Source of the DNA: Zygnema circumcarinatum SAG 698-1b
Taxonomy: Eukaryota > Plantae > Zygnematophyceae
Assembly: GCA_037447605.1 (NCBI GenBank)
Contig: CM074811.1
Location: forward strand, 2,914,001 to 2,978,000
DNA: 64,000 nt
Direction: 5' to 3'
Below, piece after piece: positions 24,001 through 36,405 of this stretch; position 1 is the stretch's first letter, and each line of letters opens with the position of its first letter. Both the position numbers and the translations under genes were made by a program. The notes beneath the pieces are model-generated. The model saw only the letters and a list, made by a program, of their open reading frames with translations. It was not told the origin of the DNA and made no database searches.

Positions 24001-27000
24001 AGTCTTTCCGCTACCTGTCGGAGCGGCTACCAGAACGTTGTCGTCAGTTGTGTAGAGGACGGTAAAGACCTGCGTCTGAATGGGGTTGAAGTGGCTGAAC
24101 TGGCGAGAATACAAAGCCTCATATTCAGGGTTTCGGAGGGCAGATACGGGGAGGGGCTGGAGATCAAGGAGCTCGGTTGGAGGAGGGTACTTTTCAGGAA
24201 GAATTAGGTGACGGAAAGAGACCGGTAGTACAGCCTCGGAGCCTAACCACTTGTCAGAGATGACTTTTACGAAATACTGGGGAGGGAGAGGCTCGTAGAT
24301 AGGCACTGAAAAGGAGAGGAGATGGTCCTCCTCCGCATATTGCATCTTCAGGAGGAAGTATTCATGATGCAGAATTGCTTCTCCATCATTGTCCTCCACT
24401 ATGACCCAAAAGGGCTCCACAAAGCCGTGCACTTTCTCATCCCACTGAAAGTCAGGAGTGATCGTTAAGTCCACCTTCAGAACGGAACGGGTAATCGGCT
24501 GCACATGTGCTGAAAGCTCCACGCGTGGAAACTGCAGGAGGGAGCGGGAGGAGGAGGAGGTGGGGGTCAGAATGTGACGTAGAGAGCGAGAGAGGTTTGT
24601 ATTTATTCAATGAAATTAACGCGGAGACTGGACATGGAAGTTCAAATTTGTGTAAGTGAAGGGATGTAGCTTTAGGCCTTGAAGAACAAAGGAGATGACA
24701 GCCGTTGGCGAATACTGAGTACAGAACGGGAAAGGAGGAAAGGTAGGAAGAGGAAAAGTAGGACCGTAGGAGAAACGAAAACAGGGAGAATTGTTCGAAC
24801 ATAAACAGCGGGAGAGATACAGTGGGTGGTAGGGAGAGAGAGAGAGAGAGAGCGAGAGAGCGACCATGCACGAGAGAGAGAGGGAGAGCGGTCTGACCTG
24901 GTGCACAAACTTGTGAAGTGTCTTCCCAATCTTCGGAAAGCGCACAAGCTCTCCCAGCTCTTGACTGGAGAGATCATAGCAGCGTTCCCATGCGAGGTCC
25001 TTTCTTTCCAAGCGGCTCAAAATGTCCCCCGGAACGCCTTTGAACTGGCGAAGGGGAGACTGGGAGGCCCACATGCGACGTGACACCGTTTTGCAAAGGG
25101 CGAGGGCCTTCTCTGCCAGCTGCGCCCACCCGCGCTTCAACACGATTTCGAAAAGGGCTCGCATCAGCCGCCCAGCGCTCTGCAAACAAGAGAAGAAGGG
25201 GAGGGAAAGAGTGGAGAGAAACAAAGAAAAGGGTCAGAAAGGTTTCACAGAGAAAACATTTGAACAACGATCTTGACAATGTTTGACGATAAGTGGAAGG
25301 CGATCGCAGATTCTATAACCTGACGGGCGTCTAGCAGCACCCTGTATGTTGTACATGCTTGTCTGTATTGCTGTATGTTACATGGTACACGTGATGTTAC
25401 AAGATACACAATATGGGTTATATTTTATATGCTATAGGTGATATGTTATATGTTATCTTATGTTGAATGTTACATACTACATGTTATGTTCTATAAAACA
25501 TGTTATATGTCGTACATTTGTCTCACCTGCGTGACGAACACCATATCGGAAGTAAGCGACAAGCCCTCCAGCTTGAGCTGACTTATGTATGCTTGCAGAA
25601 GCACATTGATTTTGGCACTCGGTTCTTCGATGCTCTCCTTCACCGGAATGGGCACGCGGTCCAAAAGTTTTGCCAACTCCATTTTCTCCTCCTCCCGAAC
25701 AGTCACATACTTGAACTCTTCGCTGAGCGAGAAAAGACGACAGAGCTCGATATCTCCCATTGTTGGCTTGAGGTGCTCATTATATGTGGCGATAGTTCCG
25801 TGACTAACATAGTAGAACGAGGCAATCCGTCCAAGATCCGTTACTTGGAAGTAGCCACTCTTGCGATCGTATTTGATTAGTGAATTCTTATCCAGCGATA
25901 GTGCGGCAGAATGGATCTGCAGAAGGAGCCCAAAAAAAAGGGTGTGGGTTCAAAAATGTAGACTTACAAGAAAGAACCAAAGGGGGAACAATCTGCAAGT
26001 TCAGGCATTTTTCCGCACCTTCAAACTGTGAGCTGCTTAAACTTCCCCACCCAAACCCAAGGAAACTCACCAAATCTGCTCGCCTCTCCTCCAAAAGCGG
26101 ATCTCTCTCCAACTCCTCCTCCGACACCCCATACAGCGGGTGATTCCGCAGCATCCTAATATACAAATAGGTGTATCCGAGCCACCTCGTTGCCTCTCTC
26201 GCGTTTTGTACCGTGCCCAGCACAATTTCCGCATTCAAATTGTCTGCGAGTTTCGAGATGAATTGCGATTCAATCGGCAATTGTTGATTCAAAAGGGAGA
26301 GGTAGAACTGCAGTTCTGCATGACCTGTAATAATGATTCCTTCTCCATAGGTGTCAAATTGGGGTCTCCCCGCTCGCCCCAACATCTGCATAACATCTAA
26401 GGGAGAGAGTTCCGTCCAGGCTCCCTTTTCAGGATTGTAGATTTGGGTCCCTTTGATTATAACAGTATGGGCCGGAAGGTTGACTCCCCACGCGAGGGTA
26501 GCGGTAGAGACTAACACCTGAGAGAGCACGGTAAGGGGAAAAGTGTAAGGGAAAAAAGCATAAAGCAGAGAGATATAGGACTGAAATTTGCTAGAGAACT
26601 GCAGAAAGTCCAATACACTTTAAGCTTTTCAACGTTTTGAGATAAAGTTCCACGATTTGAAGGAATATTGAGGTTTTGAGTCTTGAAGAAGTCCTTTGGA
26701 TGAGCTAAAGGACTCCATTTTCATACATGTCCCAGACTTCTAGGATATAGAGCTTTTGCTTCCAAGGGAAGAAGGAAATAGCTTGTCCCAAACATATATT
26801 CAAAAGAATTTACAAACCCTAAAATCCTTCCTTCCTTTCACCATTTTCTGCCCCTAAAACAGAGAGATTCATTCCTGGAATCCCTCAAACGACAAATCCT
26901 AACCACACTTCGCCTTCCCCCTCACCCCCTTACATCAAACTCTTGCTCCTTTCCTCCCACTTGATTATGGCTATACTGAAAATCGAGAACGGGGAAAGAG

Positions 27001-29638
27001 AGAGAGAGAGAGGGGAGGGGGAGAGAGAGAGGACCCTATCTTTCTTCCCCTTTACCTGAATGTGGCCGTCTGCAAAGAGGTCCTCCACGAGTGTCCTGTC
27101 TGTCCTCGCCATTCCCGCATGATGAATTGCAAATCCGTACGGCAACAAATCTTTCAGGTCATTGCTCTTGACATTTTCCGCTTCTGTCTGCAGAATTTCG
27201 CGGCTTGCGGAATCCTCCTTCAAAAACCGTCCTAACGTGTCATTTGTGAGCGCAGAATCTCGGATCGATCGTGCCGTTTTCGCCGTTTCTTTTCGAGAAT
27301 GGCAGAAAATCAGTACTTGATGTTTCCCCGCTGATTCAATCACTTTCTCGTAGCAAATATCGTTCATCAGTTGAAACCGCTGCAGAGGTTTCCTCACTGT
27401 GATTCCAATGTACTGCTGAGCGAGGGGACAGGGCCGGAAGGAATTGTCAAAATAGAAGAGCCCCTGCTTCAAATTCACTCGCAGAAAGTGAGCTACATCT
27501 TCATAATTTGGAAGAGTTGCACTCAACCCTACAAGCCGGACCTGCTCCTGCGTACTTTCAATCTGCCGAACCGTTCGAGAAACGATACTTTCAAGGACTG
27601 GCCCTCGGTTATCATGCAGCAGGTGAATCTCATCGATAATCAACAGCTTCACAAGCTGCGTGTACGTTCGATCTCCCGATTTCCGAGTAATAATATCCCA
27701 CTTTTCAGGGGTAGTTACGATTATCTGCGTCTCCTGAATCTGCTGCCTTGTCAGGGTCGCATCTCCTGTAAGCTCCTTCACAGAAACTCCATAATCTTTC
27801 AATCTGTTTGACAAATTTCCCACCAATTCCGCTACAAGCGCCTTCATGGGAGCCACATATACGATCTTAAAAGCCGACAGATCGATGGTTCCATCGGATT
27901 TTCGGTGCAGCCCGAGCTCATGCAAAATGGTAAGCATAGCAACATTTGTCTTTCCGGCCCCAGTGGGAGCGCAAAGAAGCAGATTGTCCGCCTTAAAGAA
28001 TGCGGTTTCATACACCTTCGATTGTACCCGATTTAAAGAAGTCATTTTTGCAAACGCGGGGCGTACCCACTCGGGCATGTCTGAAATTTTCACGAGAACC
28101 TCGCCCTCCTCCAAAGGCTTCGGTTTAAGCGCCGGAACATGGACTTCATCGTACCCTTTCTTCGCTGCCCGATATGAACCTTGCGGAAGCTCACATCTCT
28201 TATTCGCCATTAAAAATCCACCTTGATGGAAGGAAAGAGACTCCAAATCAAGGGCTTTCCTTTGCTGCCCCTTCAGCCACCCGCCGCCTCCTCCCCCTGC
28301 CCCTCCCTCCACTCTCTCTTCCTCCGCCATGGCTACATCCTTCCCCTCTCCCTCTCCCTCTCCCGCTGCCCTCTCTCCTCCGTCTTTCAACCGCCTAGCC
28401 TCTTCTCTGATCTTCCTCTCTAAATTCGTCTGCCTCTCCTTTGCCGAAGCCCTTGTTGCATGTAATTGCTCCAAAATCGCCTTCAACTTTTCGTCGTCTT
28501 TTTCCATCATTTCTGCTTCTAATTTTTTCCGCTGGTCTTCATCGTCCGCCCGAGCGAGCCGCGTGCACCACACGACTTTCATTCTGTTCCTCAGCAGCAT
28601 CTTGATTAAGTCAAATTTATCATAATCCAGCAGCATAACCAGCCGGTCCTCGATTATTCGATCTTCCTCCCCCGACGCCAAAATGTCAAGCACTTCTTCA
28701 GCAAGTTTCTGGCTCTGCTGCGGATCAATTTCTGAATACGCTTGACCTATTTTCCTCTGTAACCAATAAGCATCAATATCCTGCACATTCAGACCCTCAT
28801 CCGCCTCTTCCATGTCATCGTCATCTAACCCTCCCTGCATCTGCATAGCTCTTTCTCCATCATCCTCCTCTCCTTCATCCTCTTCCTCCTCCTCCACCTC
28901 ATCCAGATCATCCTCCTCCTCCTCCTCCTCATCCTCAAACTCCACTGCCACGCCAATATCGTCATCCAGCGCCTCTCCAGCTCCTCCGCCTCCCGCACCC
29001 CCCTCCCCTCCCCCCTCCTGATAATCCGTAATCTTCTTCCCTACCGCCACGTACTCCGCAAACTTCTCATTCGTCAGATTATTCAAAAGCTTCTCGATGT
29101 CACGTTTCTTATCCAAATCCTTCAATTTATCGGTCTTCAACACCGCCAACACTTCATCGGCAGCGCCTCTCAATATATCCTGCGGCTGATCACCAAACTG
29201 CTGCTGTATCATACTCAGCAGAGCCTCATATGCAGCTCGCGTCTCCTTAGTTTTCGGTCTGTAACTTCCATCATCCACCAACCCTAACACCCCGCCATCG
29301 CTCTGAACCCCACCATATCCAACTCTCTGCCTCTTCTGTCTCCCTCCCTCTCCCAGCCCTCCTCGCGCCCCTTCCCCCCCCCCACCCTTCTCACCCTCCC
29401 TCTCCTTCGCCGCCTTCTTCTTCCTCACCCTCTCCTCGAGTTCCGCCGGGCGGCCCTGCGTGGCCCTGTCCCCAAAGCTCCGCGGGTCGATCTTCCCCCA
29501 CAGCGTCTCCGGCTCCCCCGTGGGCTCGTGCGTGTCGCGGGGCCGCGTGTCGGTGGTGAGGACGAGAGAAGAGTTCGCGCGGTACTCGTACTGCTTGAAC
29601 CGAGCGTGCGCTTCTGCGCCTCCTCCGAGCTGCGCCAT
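21075..29638 (-). CDS. BRR2: U5 snRNP 200-kDa DExH helicase BRR2, ~2213 aa; exons 29638-27056, 26517-26071, 25916-25527, 25179-24898, 24531-23725, 23356-21821, 21671-21075
   Basis: N-terminus [20 protein letters not shown]. Two helicase cassettes (CAPTGAGKT...IIDEIH; AAPTGSGKT...IVDELH) and a Sec63 C-terminus ([11 protein letters not shown]...[14 protein letters not shown]). All introns are GT-AG, phase 0. Confidence 0.98.
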
Positions 29639-29642
29639 GGCG

Positions 29643-29830
29643 GAAACCCTAACTCTAACCCTAACCCTAACTTCACCCTAACCCTAACTTAACCCTAACC
29701 CTAATCTGGCCTCAGCGCAGAGTACCAAAACCCTAATCTCGTTCCTGTGCGCAAAAAACCAACAAGAAACGCTTCCCGAGAGTTCTCCAAAACCCTAAAA
29801 AGTTCCTGAACGACACTCCCCTGAACCCTA
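29643..29830. promoter_or_regulatory. Telo-box-like (AAACCCTAA/AACCCTAA) cluster immediately upstream of the BRR2 ATG
   Basis: About ten (A)ACCCTAA units between 29643 and 29830, directly 5' of the start codon at 29638. Confidence 0.55.
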
Positions 29831-30826
29831 ATTCTCGCTCTCTCTCCGCAGTTTACCCCATGACGCGCAGTCTCCCTCTGCGCTGCGTCCTCGACAAAAC
29901 AGAACTGCGGGCCAACGGGGGCCATTATATACTCGCCACTTGAGGTAAACCCAGTTCAGCGAATACCAATGGCGGTCTGCCACGTGTAAACATTTGCATA
30001 CGTGCCACGCTGTTATTGGACGGGACCCGAACCCTTCAATCTTGCGGTCTGCATGAGGAAGGCCCTGAACCCTAAACTGAGCTCGTAGATCTTGATCCGC
30101 TTGCCATCGTCAAGATTAACGCGTTGATCTCGCCAGGGATTGGTGGATCAATAATGGTCGATCACGTTTCACTGCTTTTGTTGATCCGTACAAACCAGTT
30201 GATCTGCAGTTTGACTCTAACCTAACGGCCTAACTAGTACACGTGCCCGTAAAACTGGGAATGGAACTGAATTCAAAACCAGCGAACGGTTCCATGCGAA
30301 AACATCGCGGAAATTTTGCCTCATTGCTCCACCCTCACTTTTTTCCTTTCAATCTACTTCTGAACCCTAATTGTGGTTCTTTCCTGCTCACATGAAATAT
30401 GTTTGCCAATTTTGCCCCTTGCGCTTGTCGATCACTTCACTTACACTTCAAGGCGCTTATGTTAGACATTCAAACTCGGGTAACGTCAAGAAACTCGATA
30501 CCGATGTTAGAACTATTCATCTAAAAAAAAAAATTGGATAAAAGAATAAATAAAAAAGTAACTACATTTGAAACATCATTACAAATGTTTACATTGTGCT
30601 ATGAACGATCACCTCTCTCTTTCCCCCTTCGATATTCCCCAACCTCCTCTCTGTCCCTCCCCTCTGCACTCCCCTATCCCCCTTCCTATCTCACTCTCTT
30701 TCCCCACTCCACTATCTCTCTCCCTCCTCCCCCTTTGCTCTCACTCTCGCCCTCGCCCCCTCCCACTCTCTCTTCCCCTCCCTACTCTACCTCTCTCTCC
30801 CTCCCGCTCCCTCCCCCTCTCCCTCT

Positions 30827-33800
30827 CTACACTCCCTCTCTACTTCCCCCCACTCTCTCTCTCACTGCTACAACAGCCACATTTCGAGGCGAAACCGCGG
30901 GATCGAAAATGGGGATCAATTGGAGGTGGTATTCAAGGGCTGCCTCCTTCCCCTCTCCCTCTCCCTCTCCCTCTCCCTCTCCCTGCTTACTCTCCCTCTC
31001 CCTCTCTGGACGGAGGAACTGTTCGTGCAGGAAGAGCAGCCGGTCGAGCAGGAGGAGCGACTCTAAGGGGCCGGCCGCCACCGCTCTCAGCGTCCAAAAC
31101 GGGCCGATCAGATCCTGCAAATTAAAAATAAAATAAAATAAAATAAATGAGTTGTGAAAGAAGAAATCACAGTCTGAAACCCCTAAAAAGAAGGACCGGG
31201 AGGGGGTGGGGTCCAAACGATATTCCACATATTCCCATACTCAAATTTATGGTTTGCGACGCAATTTTTCTTTGGTGTTTTGAGGTTTCCCACCGTCCAG
31301 GGCTCTCCCTCCCTCCACGCCCCCTCAAGGGCAGCGCTTGGAAGGGGATTCAGATTCAGATTCAGTCGATCGAGAGCCGCTTCCGCATATCTTGTGAAGG
31401 AAGAAAAATTTGCGGAGTTTTTCGGGTCTCCTCCAATGGCGTTTGCGCTCGAAGTCTCGGGCAGCCTTTCAAAGTTTTCGCCCTGCCCGTCTTCAACACT
31501 TGCAGGAGCTTGAAGTTCCTGGAACAGGAAACGAACAGCCCTCGGTTTCTTTTTTGGTTTTTTGAAACTTTGTTCCAATCAAAGCCTTATTAGCCCTAAA
31601 AAGCCCCAACCCCTAAAACTCCTAACCCTACCCTGAACCCTAACTCCCCAAACATCGCTCGCTGGCATTACAAACCTCAAAGAACCGTACATAGTCTTCT
31701 CCCTCCTGCTCAGCGGGAGGCCCTCACCTCCTTCATTCCATGCTTCTTGCGAGAAGTCAACTTTCCGAGTCGGCCGACCGCGGGGCTCAAAGCCGCAGCT
31801 TCCGGGAAATGGCGGAGGAGGACCTGCAAACTTAGAGCTGCCATTGAGTAGGGTCCGGAGGACTGAGCCTAATTCATAAACCCTAAACCCTAGAATCTAA
31901 CCCTAACCTCCATCCTAAACACTAAACAATACACCCTAATCCCTCCACCTGAAACCGTAACCCTAAACTATAACCCTACCCCTAAACCTGAAACCCTAAC
32001 CCCGAAACCCTAAACCTAAACCCTAACCCTGAGTTCTAAACCCGGACTTCTTAGCCCTAAATCTGAACCCTAAACCCTAAAGCCTAACCCCTAACCCCTA
32101 AACCTAAACCCTAACCCTGAATTCTCAACCCTGAATTCTTAGCCCCAATCTGAAACCCTAACCCCTAAACCCTCGACCCTCAACCCTAAACCCTAAACCT
32201 TAAACCCTAAACCCTAATTCCTAAACCCTAGCCCCTAGCCCCTAGCCCCTAGCCCCTAGCCCCTAGCCCCTAGCCCTCCCTCCAGCCAGGGCCTCACACC
32301 AGCTGCAGCATCCCGCGGTACGAGTGCGCCTCAAAATTTTTGCGGGCAGCTTCGGGGTCCATGGCTGCCCATCTCTCCGCGCTCTGTGGGCCACAAAAGG
32401 AATTATTTCAAAAAAGAAATTAATAAATAGATTAAAATGCGGGTGAGAACGGGGGGGAGTACGGGTCGGTCTCGAGAATTACACTATTAATTATTATTAT
32501 TTTTTTTTTCCTGTGGCTCCTGAACCCTAGCCCCACCCTCTAGCACAGAAACCCTAAAAATGGAAACCCTAAACCCCTGTGCTGACCTGGCACGCCAGGT
32601 CCCGACCGGTCCGTCCGACGTGGAGGCGCTGCTCCCTGACGGAGCGGCTCAGGGGAAATCCCGACCGTCCGATCACATGCGCCTCCGTTCCGTGCTGCAG
32701 AAAGGACTCGGTGAGTTCCTCCTGGAGGGGTTCCATGCGGCCCCGCAGTTCCGTTGAGGGCAACGGTCAATGGCAGATCAGTTATGGGGTTTTTTTTTTT
32801 TTGGTGAGAAAAGGAAGGAACAGAAAGTGCAGGAACTGGAACTGGAACTGGAACTGAGAACTGGACAAGTTCTATGCATTTGATGGACTGGACATGCGGC
32901 TCTGTTGGAATCACCTGAGGAGTTTCGGTCAGGAGATTGTAACAGCAGCCGACTGAGACGAGGGCGGCTGCATCGTCCCATTCTACAAATGCTCTGTCCG
33001 GTTTTTTATATATTTAAGGACCACCCGAAAAAGAAAAAAAAAGCAAAAATGATTCGGGGACTGAGAGAATGAAAGATTCAACAGCAGAATGGCAAACAAT
33101 ATAGCATGTTTATATGCATATACTATTTTTAGGGAGAGAGAGAGAGGGAGAGGGAGAGGGAGCGGGAGCGGGAGCGGGAGAGAGAGCGGGAGCGGGAGCA
33201 GGAGAGGGAGCGGGAGCGGGAGCGGGAGAGGGAGAGGGAGAAGGAGAGGGAGAGGGAAAGAGTGAGAGGGAGAGGGGGAGGAGAGGGAGAGGGGGAAAGG
33301 AGAGGGAGCGGAGGGAGAGGGAAAGAGTGAGAGGGAGAGGGAGAGGAGGAGAGGGAGAGGGAAAGAGTGAGAGGGAGACGGAGCGGGAGCGGGAGCGGGA
33401 GCGGGAGCGGGAGAGGGAGAGGGGGAGGGAGAGGAAGAAAAAATAAGCAAAAACCCTAAATTTTCAAACTAGATATCTCTCCTTTATCTCCCTCTTATTT
33501 TCCTTTATCTCCCTCGTACCTCAGCAGGGCGGCCGACAAGTCTCCGCACGCGTGCAGGCCCACGAGCACAACTCGCCTCTTTTTTTTTGACCCCTTTTTT
33601 TTTCGTTTCCCCTCCGCTGCTTCGTCTGCCCGTTCCCTCTCTCCTTTGCACTCAGCTCCTTCTGCTCCTTCACTTCCTTCCGCCCTTTCCCCTCGGGCAG
33701 CAGCAAAAGTATTTCGTTCGGGCAGCACAGAAGAGTCGGATCTTTGGGAGTCGCCACGTGGCGCCAAGTCAGCGTCCAAGTCATCGAGCAAATCTCCAAA

Positions 33801-36405
33801 TGATGATGACGGCATGCGAAGGTCAACGTGCTTTGTCACGGCGACAGGTGGCACCCTCTGAATGGCCGGCTCTGCAGAGTATCCCAAGTCAACACAACCA
33901 CACATGGACACAAGAATGAGAAAGAAGATTTTGAAAAGGAGAACTTCTCTAATCATATCGATACTTTATTCAACTAGTAAAGGTTTACTTTAAATGATCA
34001 TTAATTTGATTTATTATACCTTTGCTTTCTGCAGCTCGCCGAGGGTTGTTGTAGTATTTGGCGACCCGTTGACTGCGGGCGGTCGTAACGGTTCCATGGT
34101 GCGCGCAGTTATCGATGGCCAAAACACGGAGACCGTAACGGAACGCGAGGACCATGGCGAGGTAGCCCTGGGGAGTGGGGAGGGAGGGAGGGAGGGAGAG
34201 AGAGAGAGAGAGAGAGAGGAGGAGAGAGAGAGAGAGAGCGAGAGAGGGGAGAAGAGAGGGGAAGAGAGAGGGGGCAGGGTGGGTCCAAGGTTTCAACTTT
34301 AGTGTTAGCTTTATGGGTTCACGTTAGGGTTGATTAAGGGGGACACTTTAGGGTTAGCATTTAGGGTTAACTGGAGGGTTCAGTTTAGGGTTCATTTTAG
34401 GGTAAGGTAAGGTTAACCTTAGGGTTTACGTAGGGGTTCATTTCAGGGTTTCACTTTAGGGTATTTAAGGTTCTAACGGCTTTTCACGCTTCTTTTTTAG
34501 GGTTTTGAACCTTTCAGGGCTTCAATGACACTAGGATTTGACAAACTGGTTGGACTTATATGCTTATCTGCAGGCATTAGGCTCTTTTACTTTTTTGCGA
34601 GTAACTGTCGATGAGCGTTTCTAGGATTTCAACGTTTCTGAGGAAAGAATCCTGGGAGCTACCGACCCCCTGCGACCCCCCTTTGTGTACCTGACCGGCT
34701 CCAAAGTCCACCACATGCGTCGCTCCAACCTTCTCCGCCAAACTCGCTACCAGAGCTGCTAAGCGCGAGATCTGCCAGGAAGGAAAGGAGAGGAGAGGAG
34801 AGGAGTGGAGAAGGAGAGGGAGAGGAGGCGAGGAGAGGAGTGGAAAAGGAGAAGGAGAGGAGGTGAGGAGGAGAGGAGAGGGGTGGAGAAGGGGAGAGAG
34901 AGGAGAGGAGGAGAAGGAGGAGAAGGAGAGGAGGTGAGGAGGAGAGGAGAGGAGAAGAGTGGAGAAGGAGAGGAGGTGAGGAGGTGAGGAGGGGAGGAGA
35001 GGAGTGGAGAAGGAGAGGAGGTGAAGAGGAGAGGAGAGAAGAGGAGTGGAGATGGAGAGAAGGTGAGGAGGAGAGGAGAGGTGTGGAGAAGGAGAAGGAG
35101 AGGAGGTGAGGAGGAGAAGAAGAGAAGGAGAGGAGGAGAGGAGGAGAGGAGAGGAGTGGAGGAGGAGTAGAATAGAAGGAGAGGAGGAGAGGAGAGGAGT
35201 GGAGAAGGAGAAGACGAGAAGAAGAGGAGGAGAGGAGAGGAAGGAATAGTCTGAACAACATGGGGAGAGTTTTCAGTGTTCGAAATAGTCCAGATTTTCC
35301 CGAGTGTTTGATCTTTCCTCCCTTTCGTTGATGGATTTTTTTTCATGAAACCCACCTCGTGGCGCTTCTTCGGATTCATTCCTTGCGCTGTTACGGAGCA
35401 TATGACAGCTTCCTGAAACAAAAAATGAATAAACATTATTCAAAAAAAGTGAGAGAAGCCTGAACAGAAAACCTCTGCAATGGTTTGCCCTCACAGATTA
35501 TTATGAGTTTCTGTTTGGAGTCTAGGGTTTGAGGTTGTTTGGTTTCTTGTTTACGAGCTTCTGTAGGGTTTAAGAACCCCAGAGTTTCAGGTGTTGAGGG
35601 TTTTGGAATTGTAGGCTGAAGCTTATTTTAAGCTTTAGACTTTTAGATTTAGAAATTTAGGGTTCAAATTTAGGGTTTTGCAGCTTACCTGCGAGGGCGC
35701 GGGGGTCCTCGGCAGGCTCAGCTGGCGAGCTCGCAGCACAAAGTGCCGCAGACTCGCGGGCCACTCCTCCTGCAGGAGACATGGCTCAGGGTTTAGGGTT
35801 TCAGATTTAGGATTTAAGGTTTAGGGTTCAGGGTTCAGGGTTTAAGGATTTAGGTTTAGGGTTTAGAGTTTCAAATTAGGGTGTTTGGTTTAGGGTTTAA
35901 AGGTGTAGAGGGTTTTCGGGCTAGGGTTTAGGGTTAGGTTTTAAGATTGAGGGTGTAGGGTAAGATTTAAGATTTAGGGCGAGGGTTTAGGGTTAAGAGT
36001 AAGGGGTTTACGGTTTAGGGTTTACGGTTTGGGACCTGCGCCATGGCGAGGCCGGAGGGCACTTTGAGGAGCTCCTCCGTTGGAAGGCTCCTCAGCGCCG
36101 CCAGCCACGTGGCGTCCACGTGCTCCCACTGCCGCTTCTGCACCCAAAACAAAACATGAGGAAACAGAAAGAACAGGGATACGCACTGTCATGATGCATT
36201 TCTGCATGCACATATCCACGATAACTTTTAGTGAAGGATGATCACAAGCATATTACAGAACAATAAAATATGACAGAAAAAGACTGCCAGAGCGCACCGA
36301 GAAGAAGTCCACCACGTGGCACGTCCACAGCCAGGACAAGGGCCCCAGAAACTCGGCAATGTCGGCCACGTGGCGGCGCGCGGCCTCCGCAGAGACAGCA
36401 TCCAT
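30827..36405 (-). CDS. METTL25/RRNAD1-family methyltransferase, ~611 aa, 13 exons: 36405-36298, 36137-36036, 35769-35689, 35412-35356, 34771-34691, 34167-34020, 33871-33520, 32993-32915, 32721-32587, 32383-32300, 31823-31728, 31518-31294, 31114-30827
   Basis: Motifs HVVDFFS, WPASL, MNPKKRHEI, VVDFGAGQGYL (SAM-binding), LVGLHACGDLS, SVGCCYNLL, GFPLS, GRDLACQSAERW, PFWTLRA...ESLLLLDRLLFLHEQ, PIFDPAVSPRNVAVVA. GT-AG junctions are phase-consistent; one or two internal acceptors are best guesses. Confidence 0.88.
31866..32276 (+). repeat. Degenerate telomere-like array (CCCTAAA/CCCTAA on +) ending in six perfect CCCCTAG units; intronic
   Basis: Dozens of AACCCTAA/ACCCTGA variants; (CCCCTAG)x6 at 32232-32273. 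A shorter tract lies at ~31590-31650. Confidence 0.85.
34297..34500 (+). repeat. Degenerate TTTAGGG-like tract, intronic, opposite orientation to the 31.9-kb array
   Basis: Repeated TTAGGGTT/TTTAGGG variants. Confidence 0.7.
35785..36030 (+). repeat. Degenerate TTTAGGG-like tract filling an intron
   Basis: Repeated GGGTTTAGGG/TTTAAGG variants between exons 36036 and 35769. Confidence 0.8.
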
